Of a stretch of 64,000 nucleotides of DNA, positions 1 to 13,661 are shown piece by piece. The position numbers were made by a program, and so were the translations under genes. Origin of the DNA: Carcharhinus longimanus (taxonomy: Eukaryota); NCBI GenBank assembly GCA_030264375.1, contig JASCQW010000043.1:72187124-72251123 (forward strand). Reading direction: 5' to 3'. The notes beneath the pieces were generated by a model, which saw only the letters and a program-made list of their open reading frames with translations, made no database searches and was not told the origin of the DNA. Numbering within the stretch: position 1 is the stretch's first letter; the number at the start of each line of letters is the position of its first letter.

Positions 1-115
1 CATAAAAGTGGGCTATCTTACAAGAAGAAGAATGATGAACAAAATGAATTTCAGTGCTCCAATGAATGTGCCATGTAACTCCTCTCAAAAATGGCCTGTT
101 CTTTGNNNNNNNNNN

Positions 116-2955
116 GTTCCGTCACAAACATGCCAAATGTGAGAAGATGGGTGGGGGGTGAGAGTGACCATTTATCAGGTCTCTGCCTGGATTTGAGGAG
201 AGGACTTTGAGCTTATGGGATTGGAGTAGGGCAGAGCCATTGGCAACACAGTACTTGGCCTTAGACACCCACCACATAAAGATTCACCCATTCAATGCCA
301 ACCTGAGGTTGAATATGCCTCCATGTTGGAGCAGCTGATGCTGTCACTTGCACTCTCCTTTCTCACTTTCAGTTCCTCCAGTAAGAGACGAAGGCCTGAG
401 GAGGAGGAGTAGGAGAACTTCCTATCAGGTCCCAGTCCCAGCCACAACCCAGAGATGAGCAAAGAGGGGGTCACAGCGGTCACTTGCATCCTCGACTGGC
501 TCAGTAATACAGCTCAGTGGGCATTAGTGTTAGTTCAGGAAAGGTCCCGCAATCTGGTGGTCACTGCATGGACACGTGTCCGCAGCAGGAGGAGGCAGGT
601 TCAGCTGAGTTCCCTGGGTGTCGGAAGACTGCCAGGGGAAGAAGAATCTGTGAGTTCCCAATCCAATGATGAAGCTCAGGAATCGGCTTCCACACTCATG
701 GTGGAGAGTCAGCAAGAGTCGGGGTAGTATCGGAAGCCCTCAACAGAGAGGTACGCCAGTTGTAGGAGTCAATCCTGCTCACTGAGGAAATGGTGCCCAT
801 ATGTGCCAGCCTCATGCTCTCCATGTGGTGAATGGCAAACACCATAGAAACGCTGATCTAGCAGAATGCCAAATTTCTGTTGGAGATGTGCAGACTTGCA
901 CTCTTCTACTATCGCCATTGGAAAGTTCAGGTAGTGGCAACGTGAGAGGAGAACAGGGCACCTTGACATCCTTCAGGTGCCTGTTACTCTCAAGAGGTCT
1001 GGCCAGTGGCCTAGGTACTTGAAGAGAGGAGAAACAGTAGCTCGACATCCTTGGGTCACCCATTCAGGGCTCAACAAGAGGTTGTCTGCACCCTCCTAAT
1101 CCCCTTGATCTGTGAGCCTTGCAGCCTCACCCGCTGGTCCACTGGTGGGAGGCCAAAATAAGTCAGCACCCTCTAGGCCTCAGCTCTCCAGAGGATAGCT
1201 GTCAAATTCAAAAAAGACAACAGGGCCAACAATTACACTTGGTGTCTACATCCCAGCTGTTGTTGTCATGGCAACACCTAGACAAAGTAGTGGGCCAAGT
1301 AAAATCAAGAAATTCTGATCACAAGTGGTTGCATGGGGGCACTCTGTCACTGTATTATCTGCACATGTATTTACTGTCCCTAAATAATGTTTAATGTTAT
1401 CTTTCAACATCATTATATTGGCTTTGTGCGGTCTCTCCCCCATCCCCTCAACCCTCACGGTTCAGCTGCACACAGCCACACCCCAGGTGATTCTGGAGGG
1501 AGAAGTATCTGTGGAAGGGCCTTTCATAGACTCGTCCAAGTACTTTTCTGCACAAGCGCATCCTCCAACTATCACACTCATGTCCCAAGCTGCTGCTGGG
1601 TTTCTCCTTCAGTTGTCCAGCTGAGCTGACCAACCCTGCCCACTCACTGATTGAACTCCCAATGCGGCACTTGTGAACTTCCAATGTGACACTCATTTTT
1701 GAAGGCAAAGGTCGTTGTCTGCTTTTTCATCAGCCTCGCTCTCATTTTCCCTCCCCACTTACTGTATTCTTTCCTCCATCAATGTGGACACCCCGGCATC
1801 ACCTTCAACCTCCCACCATTACCCTACAGCCTGAACCCTTCTCCTTCAGGAATGTCCAGGTGAATGGGTACCTTTCTGATAATCCCATCCACATTGACCT
1901 CTGTGATCTCCTCCTTCCCATCCGCCGTGTTGACGTTTATCTCCATGTCCTCACCAACCATCCTTGCTGTCCCCTCTATCGATGCATTACATCCTCACCT
2001 TTCCATCCTACTGACCCTCCTTGTCCCCTCTCACACTCAGTATTCTATCCTTCCACACCTACCCTCAGTTCACTCCCCAGGAAGCAAACATGGACTCTGT
2101 AAATCCCTCCCTTGCACATTCACCTGTCTATTCCATCTCCACTCCTTCCTCCCTCCTTACTCCTCCTTTCCCCCTTACTCTTTCCCCTCTCTGAACTCTC
2201 TCCCTCCTCTCAGCTTCACCTGATAACTTTGTTCCCCAGCTTCGCAGCTTCACGCCCACCCCTCCATCACTCAGACATTCCTCTCCCACTCACACATAAA
2301 CCTTCCCCCTACCACATCCCCACTTATCACATCTTTAGCAGCCCATGGCAAAGACCCTGAAATTCTGAAGCAAATCTGAGACGTCATTGAGGACCATGGA
2401 AAATGCTACAAGTCCTTGGCAAAGACCCTGAGGTCCCAAAGCACATCCGAGATTAGTGAAGTTGAAGCTGCTGCATGGCAATCTCCCGCTTTCTAAGAGC
2501 TGCTTCACAGTGATGAATTTACATGAAGATCCATCCAATGTGCATTGCACATGTTCTTCCGGGGACTGATAGCTGCAGCTCTCCAGTATCTCCTTCTCCT
2601 CAGATGACTGCAGTCTGAGCAAGGACCGAAAGATAAGCTCTGACTTTTGCCCGTCACATTGGTTCAGACATGCTCTGTACGAGGATGTTTTCCTGCTGGA
2701 GTAATGGAGGACTGGGCATTGGGGAAAGAGTCCAGATGGGATTCAAATGAAGGCCCAACTGGACTCTTTCCCCAATGCCCAATTCTTCATTACTCCAGTA
2801 GGAGTAGGATTCAAATGAAGGCCCATTAATAGGATGAAAATTGCTTTCACGCCAGCATGTAGTGGGATTCCCGATCCGTCATGGGGGACATCATCTGAAG
2901 ACCTCATTGTAAATCCATGCCAGTGTGTAGCCAGTTTTTGGACCTTCTGCCAAAT
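116..2955 (+). mobile_element. Degenerate Harbinger/PIF-type DNA transposon (Myb/SANT partner gene remnants)
   Basis: HKHAKCEKMGGG..FEERTL.LMGLE.GRAIG at about 126-250 and a coiled-coil-like EALNR..QL.ES..TIETL..QNA at about 733-870 resemble Harbinger Myb-partner C-terminal exons. Terminal-like sequence at 2820-2955. Confidence 0.5.
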
Positions 2956-2989
2956 TCTAACCCCACCCCCCGCCCCTGCCTCCCTGCCC

Positions 2990-4468
2990 CCCTAAAAACT
3001 TGAAGCTCTCGACTATTTCTACTTCATCCCCATTGATATAGACAGGGGCATGTTCTCCTTTACGCTTCTTGAAGTCGATGACAACCTCTTTCATTTTGTT
3101 GACATTGAGGGAGAGATTATTGTTGCTGCACCAGTTCATCAGATTCTCTATTTCATTCCTGTACTCTGTCTCATCATCGTTTGAGATCCGACCCACAACA
3201 GGGGTGTCATCAGCAAACTTGAAAATTGAGTTGGAGGGGACTTTGGTCACACAGTCATAAGTGTATAAGGAGTATAGTAAGGGACTAAGGACATAGCCTT
3301 GCGGAGCACGAGTGTTGAGGATGATTGTGGAGGAGGTGTTGTTGCCTATCCTTACTGACTGCTGTCTGTAGGTTAGAAAGTCTAGGATCCAGTTGCAGAG
3401 GGAGGAGCCAAGCTCTAGGCCACATAGTTTGGAGCTGAGTCTCATAGGAATAATAGTGTTAAAGGCTGAGCTGTGGTCTGTGAATAGGAACCTGACATAG
3501 ATGTCTTTGTTATCTAGGTGTTCCAGGATTAAGTGTAGGAGCAGGGAGAAGATGTTTGCTGTGGACCTGTTGTGGCAATAGGTGAACTGTTGTGGATCCA
3601 GGTAGTCTGGTAGGCTGGAATTGATTTGTGCCATGCCTAACCTTTCAAATCACTTCATAATGATGAATGTCAGATCCACCAGATGATAGTCATTAAGGCA
3701 TGCTGCTTGGATTTTCTTTGGGACTGGGATGATGGTCATTTTCTTGAATCAGGTTGTGGTAAAGACAGGTTGAAGATTTCTGCAAATACCAGCTGGTCGG
3801 CGCAGGACCTGAGTGCTTGTCCGGGTACCCCATCTGGGCCAGTCGCTTTCTGTGTGTTGACTTTTCAGAAGACTGCTCTGACTTCGGCAATGGTGACCTC
3901 GGATACAGGTTCATCTGAGGCTTCCGGGATGAAGGGCGTGCTCTCACTGATCTCTTGCTCAAAACAGGCACAGCCTACATTGAGCTCATTGGGGAGGGGT
4001 GCATTTGAGTTGGTGATTTTACATGCCTTTATCTTGTAGCTTATTATGTTTTGCAGACCTTGCCATAGTTGGGAGTCCGAGTGGCTAACTTGGGATTCTA
4101 GCTTGGTCCGGTACTGTCTTTTGGCATCTTTGTTGGATCGCCGTAGATCATATCTGGCTTTCTTGTAGAGGTCAGGGTCTCCTGACTTGCACACCTTAGA
4201 CCTGGACTTCACCAAGCAGTGGATATCTCTGTTCATTCATGGCTTCCGGTTGGGAAACATACAGATTTGCTTCTTTGGCACACAGACTCCTACACATTTA
4301 TTAATGAAGTCAGTTTCTATAGTGGGTGGCGTTCTCGTTCAGGCTGGTTGCAGAGTTTTTAAATACTAACCAGTCTACTGACTCGAAGCAATCCCGTAGG
4401 AGATCATCTGATTCCTCAGACCAACTGTGCACAACTTTCTTTTAAGGATTCTCCCGTTTCAGCTTCGA
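2990..4468 (-). mobile_element. Rex1/Babar-clade LINE ORF2 fragment (reverse transcriptase)
   Basis: [51 protein letters not shown] motifs; frameshifted upstream segment. Confidence 0.9.
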
Positions 4469-5021
4469 ATGCTTTGTGAATTCCACAAATGCCTGTTCGA
4501 AGAGGAGGCACCCATGCAGTACGATTCAAATCGGAGCTTTCCAGAGCTTGATTGTTTAGGTTGAAGTTGAAAAAGTCACCTGTTTTCTTTGGCAGCTACC
4601 TTAACTGTTCATCAGTGTCCACTTTTAAATAAGTAAAGGCAGGTTCAGAAGCTTCTATGCGAGTCCAGTCCACATTTAAAGTTATGAACATCATATTTCT
4701 TTTACTAGGCATGACAAAATGCAAAGGGATGCATTTCTATCCCCTTACAATGTAATCCAGGCATCACCAGTGAGGAAAGGTCAAGGTTGGCTTTGCATTT
4801 CTTACCTTCTGATTCTCACTGTAATGATTTACACAAGAATTCATCACCATTTGTGTTGGGGTAGTAGAGTGACCATTGAACAGCACCCAAGTAAAGTGTC
4901 CTTATGAATGAAGAGGTAGCAAGAGAATTGCAGAAGCAAAATGAAGGTAAAAACATAATTGGATAGATTTTCAAGTGACTTTCCCTCTGCCACTGGTTAA
5001 CAATCATTAGGGATGTTCTGT

Positions 5022-5260
5022 TCTGTCTATGTGAAGTTTGCACATTCTCCCCATGACCCTTTCCTCTGGGTCCTCAGGTTTCCTCCCACAGTCCAAAGAT
5101 GAGCGGGTTAGGGTGATTGGCCATGCTAAGTTGCCTCTTAGTGTTAGGGGGATTAGTAGGGTAAATACATGGGGTTGTGGGGATAGGGCCTGGGTGCGAT
5201 TGTGTTGGTGCAGGCTTGATGGACCGAATGGCCTCCTTCTGTGCTGTAGCGATTCTATGA
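5022..5260 (+). mobile_element. HE1-like V-SINE, 5' truncated
   Basis: ggtttcctcccacagtccaaagat V-domain and gattctatga tail. Confidence 0.85.
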
Positions 5261-5519
5261 TATGTTTTCAGCATGTTCTGCCATTCATTTGATTGCTGAT
5301 ACACTATCGTCCCATCTATTATTCTGTCATAACACATGAGGACCATGACCTGTAATAGTCATTTAGCACAAATACCTATCAAATTGAGCCCATCGACAGT
5401 TTTATAGTTAGTGAGCAAGCTGAAGTACATTTTAAGTTCATTCTTGTTAAAGTGCAAGGTGGATAATTAAAGTGGAAGTATCCTATTTTGACAGCTTAAT
5501 GGGCTGCAATGTAACGTTA

Positions 5520-6760
5520 CAGTGGAATTTGGGTTGAGAAATCGGAATTGATTTTACCCAGTATTTGGGTGCCCAGACGTGGTAAAAATCTGCTGGAAAT
5601 ATGCAAATGAGATAGACCAAGGCATCGATCAACTTGTCACACTGATTTGATGCCAGTGGTGCCATTCTGGAGCTCAATGTTGCAGCTCACATAGTCAAAC
5701 ACACATCTGCAATAGGAAGGAACACTCACCAATGAGATTATCAGCTGCTTGTTCTGATTCTGCCACTATTTGCTGCTTTATATAGTTATTTTAAATTACA
5801 GTGGTCTACAGGGAGTGGTGTGGTAGTTGCGCAAAGATATTTTGCTGACTTCATGGCTTCTGCATAAACTTATTGCATCCAGACATGGGTGAAAAAATTG
5901 TCTTTCCCTTTGGAATGCAATCTGACTGAGGAAGTGAACAGGTATCATGCAGAGCAGTACAAGCTGTGCCTGTTCTTCATTGCTTGGCACCTGCCGGCCC
6001 CAATTGTGTACAAGCTTCTCCTGTAAAAGACAGGGAGGTATGTCAGACTGTGTGGTGCAATCTGTTGAGTGATGTGGCTGCCATGGTTGGAAAGCTGGCA
6101 ATGTTTGCAAGCCTTGAGATGTAGCTGTGAGACTTGCAGCATTGCTAAGTGTGTGAGGATGTGGTAATGCCATGAATGTTAGGTAAGTCATCTGATTAAC
6201 ACTGATTGTTGTTAGGTGAATAATGGGTGTGTGTTGAGTTCAGCAGTTTCTGAGACTACTAGTGCAGTTGATATGATTTGGCATTTGAAGATGCATTCAC
6301 TGATGTTGACCACTGGAATGAGACTGTTGAACTTCTGAACTCGGCTGCATTCAGGACCTCAGGGTTTGACGCTTGACATTGACCTCCACAACTATCTGCT
6401 TTTGACGATGTGTCTGGAAGGCATCCTGGTCCCCAGCAGAACCAGGACATCTTTCCTCCTTTTCACCACCTCCCCATGGCCTCTGGTGCAGCCTCTAACG
6501 CCTTGAAGACCACTCTTTTCCAAATTGTGTCATTCTTTGCTGTTTCCCAAGATCACTTTTTAAACAATGTTAAGCACCTGTTTGCTGCCAACCTTCATCT
6601 CCCCTTTAAGTTGTACAGTCTAGCTTTAACTCGTGCATAGTGCTGACAGTATACCTCCCCATTGATGCATCCAGCCAGTCAGCAGCATCTTTAACATTGA
6701 CTGGATGCTGAAATCATTGAAACGAGCAGGCAGCATGAATTTAGCATTCTTTGTATTTAA
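5520..6760 (-). mobile_element. Harbinger-derived element with intron-containing Myb/SANT gene remnant
   Basis: - strand ALEAA..EVVKRRKDVL..EVNV..LRS*MQ..KFNSL at about 6530-6300. Second exon ttttacag|EKLVHN.. from about 6021. Confidence 0.65.
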
Positions 6761-7378
6761 ATGATTTTAGTTAACAAAAGTATAGATACTTTTGTGCAAA
6801 CAAAGCTTTCGAATTTACTACAATTACATTAAAAATGTTTATGTGATGCAGTTTCTGCCAGAGGTAGTTATGCAATTCAGCCACACTTTACTAGTTAAAC
6901 CTTGTGTATGGCTCGTCCTTACAGTAGATTAATACTGCATTGTCATTACCCTCCTCTTATTTGCCACTGAATCATTACTTTCAGTGATCAAAAAACAATT
7001 GTGTATAATTTAGGAGAAGCTTAACCTTTTCTTCCATACGTTCTCATATTAAAAAAGACTTTTCTGGCTAGAAATAGTTTTATATTTATGGTGTGTTGTG
7101 GTGGTGGGATAGAGTTTATAACTATAGCCATTGGTCATAAAACAAAATTACCTGAGAATGTGGATGTACACTATTAACTTGTAAGTATGCAACATATTGA
7201 GACACAATCACTTGAGCAATTACTTTACAAAAGAAAATAACTTATAAAAGTAAATACTCATTGAGATTAGCAGACAAAGTAATGTCATGTCAATGTGCTA
7301 CGTGTTTATACACCAACTTGGCACAACTTAATATCAAAAGTCACAAATGTCATATCTTGTGGAACACTGGTGCTGAAT

Positions 7379-7572
7379 GGCGGCATGTTAGCACTGCTGC
7401 CTCACAGCGCCAGGACTTGAGTTCAGTTCCAGCCTTGGGTGACTATCTGTGTGGAGTTCGCACATTCTCCCTGTGTTTGCGTGGGAGGGGGCCTAAGTGA
7501 GATGCTCTGTCAGACAATTAGTGCAGACTCATTGGGCCAAATAGCCTCTTACTGCATGTAGGGATTCTATGA
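7379..7572 (+). mobile_element. HE1-like SINE, internally deleted
   Basis: tRNA-like head ttagcactgctgcctcacagcgccagg and gggattctatga tail. Confidence 0.8.
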
Positions 7573-10500
7573 ACTTCAGGAAATCTGTAAATTGCAGTGA
7601 AACCTCTTTATGTTCAGTCTCCGCTCCGTTATGTGGGCTGCGCTATTGTTTTCTGAGTTGATCTGTGCCCTTCCCATGATGTGTACACCAGTGTTGCTTG
7701 AAGCTTGTTATAATAATGAGCAGCTCCTGCAGCAAGTTGTGCATTTCTGGCCAAAATCTCTTAGTTTCTTTTTTTCATGACATGCGCCATTCTTTATTTC
7801 CATCTCTGCTTTTTTAACATTTAATTTTAAGTTGTGTAACTTGAAATGCTAGATAAAGCTGAGGTCAGATCTCACACTCTTGAAATTCCATTTCAACTAA
7901 ATTTTCCTTATATATGTCATAATAAGACTAAAATGTGATTTGTAATAGGAACTTTATAGTGGTTATGTTTCTGCCAGTTGTAATCTGGTCATTTTCAAGT
8001 TGTGAAGATACAAGTGTGTCTTGAAATATAGAAAGTGCAAATGTTAGGGCTATTCCCAGATCTCACTTCTCCAACTGAAAGCACAGAATTGACCTTGCAG
8101 CTCTTTCAATGGCTATGTCGGTGAAATGAATCTGCTGTACATACTGGAAGGCTTTCCATTACCAAATGTTCCTGGGATGAGGAAGGGATGAGGAATGTTC
8201 CTGGGATGAGGAACTAACACCTGATCAGCATTCAGAGTCTGCTGTTGGAAAGGCATACATGACACTAGGAGGGTACACATGTTTGTCATAGTCAGATGAC
8301 ATGTTGATACTCAGCCTAGGCTCATGGCTGAGGGAGGGTGAGTTGGGAAAGGCACCTGGGGCTGCTGGCCCTGTGGAAGTGCAGCACAGGGCCTTGTGGA
8401 GGGCACAACAAACACTGGGGAAATGGGGAGGGAAAGGGAAGATGTTCTTGGAAACTAGTGATGTGTGAGGCAGCATTTTGGGAAAGAAAATCAATATTGG
8501 GTGACAATAAGTGATTGGTATTTTTGACTTTGACTAACAGTTAAGTGACCCTATTTAATCAGAATGATACAGCACTTACACACTCTTTCAGAAATTAGCA
8601 TTTGATTTAAGTTAGACAATTCCTGATAATCAATGTAAGACATTTTTGGTAAACTATTATTAATGTATTTTCAAAATTGCTTTCTGCTAAATGCCAGTAA
8701 GTTGTTTTGAAATCAGCTGTTTGTTGAGTAGCTTGTTTTATAACCACCAAAAGCAAAAAATAGCCCTTTGTCCATCCCTCAGTCATACATCGACAACATT
8801 TCCCTTCTCGAAGGTTTCAGAAATTTGCTGCTATGCTGAACAAAATTTTTCAACTTAGGGTTCAAGATGGGCAACAGAGAATGTAAGAGTCAAAAGGCAC
8901 TTCTAAATTGGAACATTTGCCCCTGGTGGCACCGCTGGCATCCAATCAGTTGATACAGAGGTTGTGAGTGTGATCAGTGCTGGGTTAGCAGGCATCAGTT
9001 ACATCCTAGCTGAATGTCAGGATATACAAACCAACACCACCCACTAAAACACTAATTCTTAAACCATTGGCATTATTTTGAACAGATGACCAGAATACTT
9101 TAAAAACAAAACTAGAATCAATATATTTGGAAATGTACTGGTGTAAATCTGCTTCTAACCATAGCTTCCCGCCCATGATCCAAAATACCTGTGTATTAAG
9201 GGATTGCATAATCAACGTGATCACGTAGAAACTTACAATTTCATTTTTCCTGTTCTTTAGTAACTTTAGCAGAAAATTTAACCTGATTTACAAAAAACAA
9301 TTTACTATCAATAGAAGTGTCTATGTCAGTTTAAAGCAGCTGGTAAATACTGCTTGAAATTTATCATTTGTGATTCAAAGAAGCATAGGACTGGATTTTA
9401 CATTCCCCCCTGGCTGGTGTGAAAGAGAGAGGCACGTGAAATCCAATCTTACTCTGCTCACAACCTATGCTTTGCCCCTGGATCCTCTGCAATTATAAAT
9501 GTGGTGGGGGAGTCACTAGGGGCCTGCCCACTCTTAGGTCAACTGAGGTCTTTGAGTAAATTAAGGCCCACCTCATATGTGAAGCTTGACAGCTTTAATT
9601 TCATAGGATTGGGGAGAGCTTATATATATATATAAGCTTGTATAAGCCCTCTGGGCCCATCAAAGGTGTCTTCCATAGGACCACCCCACCCCCCTCCCCT
9701 CCCCTCCCTTTAAACTACCTCCTCCCCTGTCTTATCAATTTTAACCTCATGCCCTTTTTGAGGCCTGCCAGCTTAGTCCTTGTGATAAACCTTCCCAATG
9801 CTTACCTCACATATGGTTCTGGTCCTTAGTTCCTCAATGTCTGAGTCTGGATGCAGTCCCAGGAGTGGCCATCACTTCCAGCAGTGTTGTTGGACTGTAG
9901 AGATGCTGGCCATCCAATTGGCTAGGAGGTCTTGAAGGCAAGATCTACACCCCCACCCCTCCCCTGCCGTTGACCCTACACAATGTTTCATGTTGAGTTA
10001 CATGCTACAGCCATGAAGTTTTCAACAGGACGGTACATGGGATAATGGTGCATAATAAACTCTGTGCCCAACATCAACCATAATTTATATTTCCCCCCCA
10101 GATATGGTATATATTTATTGAATTGCTATGGAAAAGGATAGCATAAAATCATTGCTTGTATCTGGGAATAAGATGAATGTTTCTAATTCCCATAGTGCTG
10201 TGTGATTTGCCCTGTCACTGTGTCTCAGTTTGTACGCTGAGCTTTGCAGGAACTGCAACCTTTGGAGATTGTGCTTCTTGATTGGATGCCAATGGGTTTC
10301 TTATTCATGTCAAAATCTCTTCCTTTCACCTCAGCTTTGGTAACTGATCTTTAACTGTTCACACTCTAAATTTCTGCCCCTTTATAAACATTTTTTTCAA
10401 TCTGCATCAACATTCACTCTAAACTGCAGAGCCAACTGAAAAATGTTCTCAATTAAACCTCAAGCTCTGACTTCCCAGCCATGTCCCTAACCACCTGGGA

Positions 10501-10954
10501 GCTTCAATGGCCTCTGTGACCCTGACCTGCTTATCATTGCCAGGTCTCCGTGAGTGAAAACCAGTCGTTATTCTCCCCAGGCTCGCACCAAGCAGAAGGG
10601 TCAGATGATCTTGGGAACTGGGAGGATCTGATGTCAAATGGACTAACTATATTTAAATACTACTTTAAATATGCTGAACAGCATCATGCCCTTTCTGGGT
10701 GTGATCGAGTTTGCACCATTAGAAAGGAACTGGGACAATTGCAAACCATTTGGTCCTGGCAATGAAACTGGTTTTTACACCCGCGCGCTATTTTCCAGGA
10801 TCAGTGCAATCTGTGCCAAGTGCGGCGAGGCTGGAAAATCGTCCCCAGGCTGTGTGTATCTTTAAACAAATTGCAGACATGCTATAAAATATGCAGAGGC
10901 AATGCTATGCTCTACTTCCTGTCTCCTTAAAATTAATAGTTGATTAAATCTCAT

Positions 10955-11051
10955 GCTGGAGTTTTACAGTCCTGTCAAAGCCAATGGATTTTTGAGCGGC
11001 TCCCATATTTTACAGCCCCTCCCAGCATGAAGGGACTGTAAAATACCACCC
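10955..11051. mobile_element. Short MITE
   Basis: Terminal inverted repeats gctggagttttacagtcc / ggactgtaaaataccacc. Confidence 0.65.
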
Positions 11052-13578
11052 AGTGTCACTCCTCCTAATATCCCATTCCTTTTGTGAAGCATTTTCATGG
11101 GACATTTTTCTACATTACAGGCACTATATAAAAATGCAATTTCTAGTTGCCATTAGTTAAAAATGTTAACTAATGTATCAAAAAGTCTATTATTATATCA
11201 TTTTCTATTTCCCAATAGAACTGATTGACAGAATATTGGATAAGTACACCTGTCATTCATATTCAAGAAAGAATAAAGGTAATCGTATGCTGTATTTTTC
11301 ACAGTTTAATCAACACTTTCATTAAATAAAAGCATATCAAAAGAATTTAACATTGCTTTGTATTTCAATACATAAAAAAATAAAAATATCTTCACACTGT
11401 TTAAAATTTGCTGGAGTAAGTTTTGCTTTATTACATACACCGATGCAACAGATAAAAAAAAACAAATAATATTCTACAGAGTGCCACTTTAATTGTAAAA
11501 TCAGAAGAATCTTAAATCCATGACTACAACAATTGGTTTTGGTGCTACGTTGCACATATGCTGATTCACCAGCACATTTTGTGTTTTGTTAGGGTTTGTT
11601 ACACTCGTTTATGTCACAAGATTGCATAAAGCATAAAAAAAAATGAAATTGTTCATTCATGTTATCTCTTTAAACTTACATTTAACAAAGACAATTTTCA
11701 ACTAAATCTAGAATGTTTACAATCAGTAGTGAGTGTGAAATATATATTCAATATACATCTAACACACTTAGTGAAAATTATTTGATTTATTATTTAAATC
11801 TTGAGTGTCTGAAGTTCACCATGACTGACTTACACTGGAAGTTATATTACATGGAAAATCAAGCTTTATATTCACATTAAGCCTGTAAAGCTTTTGTGTT
11901 TAACATTTAGGTCTGCTCATAAAACAGCACAGTGAGTCAATAAATCTGTCAATTAAACACACTTAGTGATTAAGCTGAATATATTGTGATGATAAATTGA
12001 AGAAAGAAGTTTAAAACCTGTAGATGTATATAAATAACATTAGACACTCAGAATTGTGGACTGTCTAACAAGTTAGGAAGGTTCTGTTGCACTTACTTGA
12101 AGGTCAGTTAAGACTTTATATCAATGAACAGTGGTTTTAATGTGCATTTGTCGATTAAAATTAAATCACAACTTTTAGACATTAAATTACAAACCTACAA
12201 CAGTTATTTGATATAAATGCATTCCATATTGAGTACATTAAAGAAACACATTAAAGAATTTTCTGGTAAGGAAGCCAAAATCAGGAGAGAATACAAGCTC
12301 ATATTTCAGCAGCAGGAATGAGTGTGAATACATTTATAATGCAACTTTCTCTGTCTTAAATTTCTTCCAACTGCACTTTGAATGGATACTTGTTTTCCCA
12401 TTACTAGCCACTTTAATCCATTTACGTTCTAGCTGTCTCATTTAAAGATCACTTTATAGTATTGGATGTTCGGCATCGAAGGTATTTGTTCCACTCCTGC
12501 ACGATGAAATAACACAACAGTTTACATATTTCAGAACTTGATCTGAAAACTGATTTAAAAATCCATACAGACAATCAAATTTCCCTGAAAATATATACAC
12601 ACAAGTCTGCTTTGAGGTGGCTAAAATGAAGTAAATTTAGTTCCAGGAGACAGGAAGAAAGCCCAGATAGGGGAGTAAAGATCCTGGAGTAAATGAGCCC
12701 TGGTAGTGACCAGGACGAAAAACATCCCTCCCTTGAGAGACTCAGAGCAGAGCAAGTAAGGAGAGGCAATAGAAGAGTAGACTGTGCTGTTCTTTCTTGC
12801 AGTCTATATTAAATATTCAGCTAAAGGCAGGGATCGATTTCCGTTTTCCCTTCTTGTTTCTTGTGTCTGGGTTGACAGGTGCTGTAAACATACACAGACA
12901 AACAGAGCCATGCGTTTACATCGCCACAATAAATGGGAGCAGAAAGGTTTCACTTAACATGTAATACTTAAACTTAGGACCAGACAGTCTTTTTTAACTT
13001 CACTTATTTTATTTAATGCCCATTTGTCACCACCTAGACCACTACTTCACACAAAGCCAATTTCGCAGTTAGTGCACAACACTTTACACACAGCCCACAA
13101 AATATCCGCAAAATCTGCATTTATTGAATTTATCATTTGTAAGAATAATTCAATCATTAACTGTTTTTAAAGTGTTGGACCTCCAGCAATCTCCGACCTT
13201 GGTTAAGAGCAGGAAGCTTGTGTTGGAGACATTCCCTCAATCATGTTTGAGAGATGTCATGATAAATAAATTATGACTGTTTACACCAGATCTATTTGTC
13301 CTTTTTTTTCGCACTAAAGCCCATGTTCTATTAAGGTTGAACTCCTGACAGAATCGTTGAATCAAAGGATGGTTACCGCACTGGAAAAAGGAACCAGCTA
13401 TTCTTGTGATTTCTTTTTGCACTTTACAATGCTATTTGGTACAGTGGATGAACTTCTTATTGGGTGTGACAATCTCTGATTGGTGGCCAGTGTGATCAAA
13501 AGCCAACAGAATCTAGTTCCTTGATGCTGTTTCAGCAATGAAATAACTGGCAGGATCTGGAGCCTGCTCTCACCGTCC

Positions 13579-13661
13579 ATGAGATTGTGTCTGACAAATT
13601 TACTGGAGTTCTATGAGGATGTGTCTAGGGCAGTGGATAGAGGAGAGCCGGTGGATGTGGT
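13579..13661 (+). mobile_element. CR1 LINE RT fragment running into a gap
   Basis: RLCLTNLLEFYEDVSRAVDRGEPVDV. Confidence 0.85.

Noticed and set aside
1290-1312. GQVKSR resembling the human TrkB optional juxtamembrane insert (GKVKSR)
   Set aside because: Short chance match inside transposon-derived sequence; the rest does not match.
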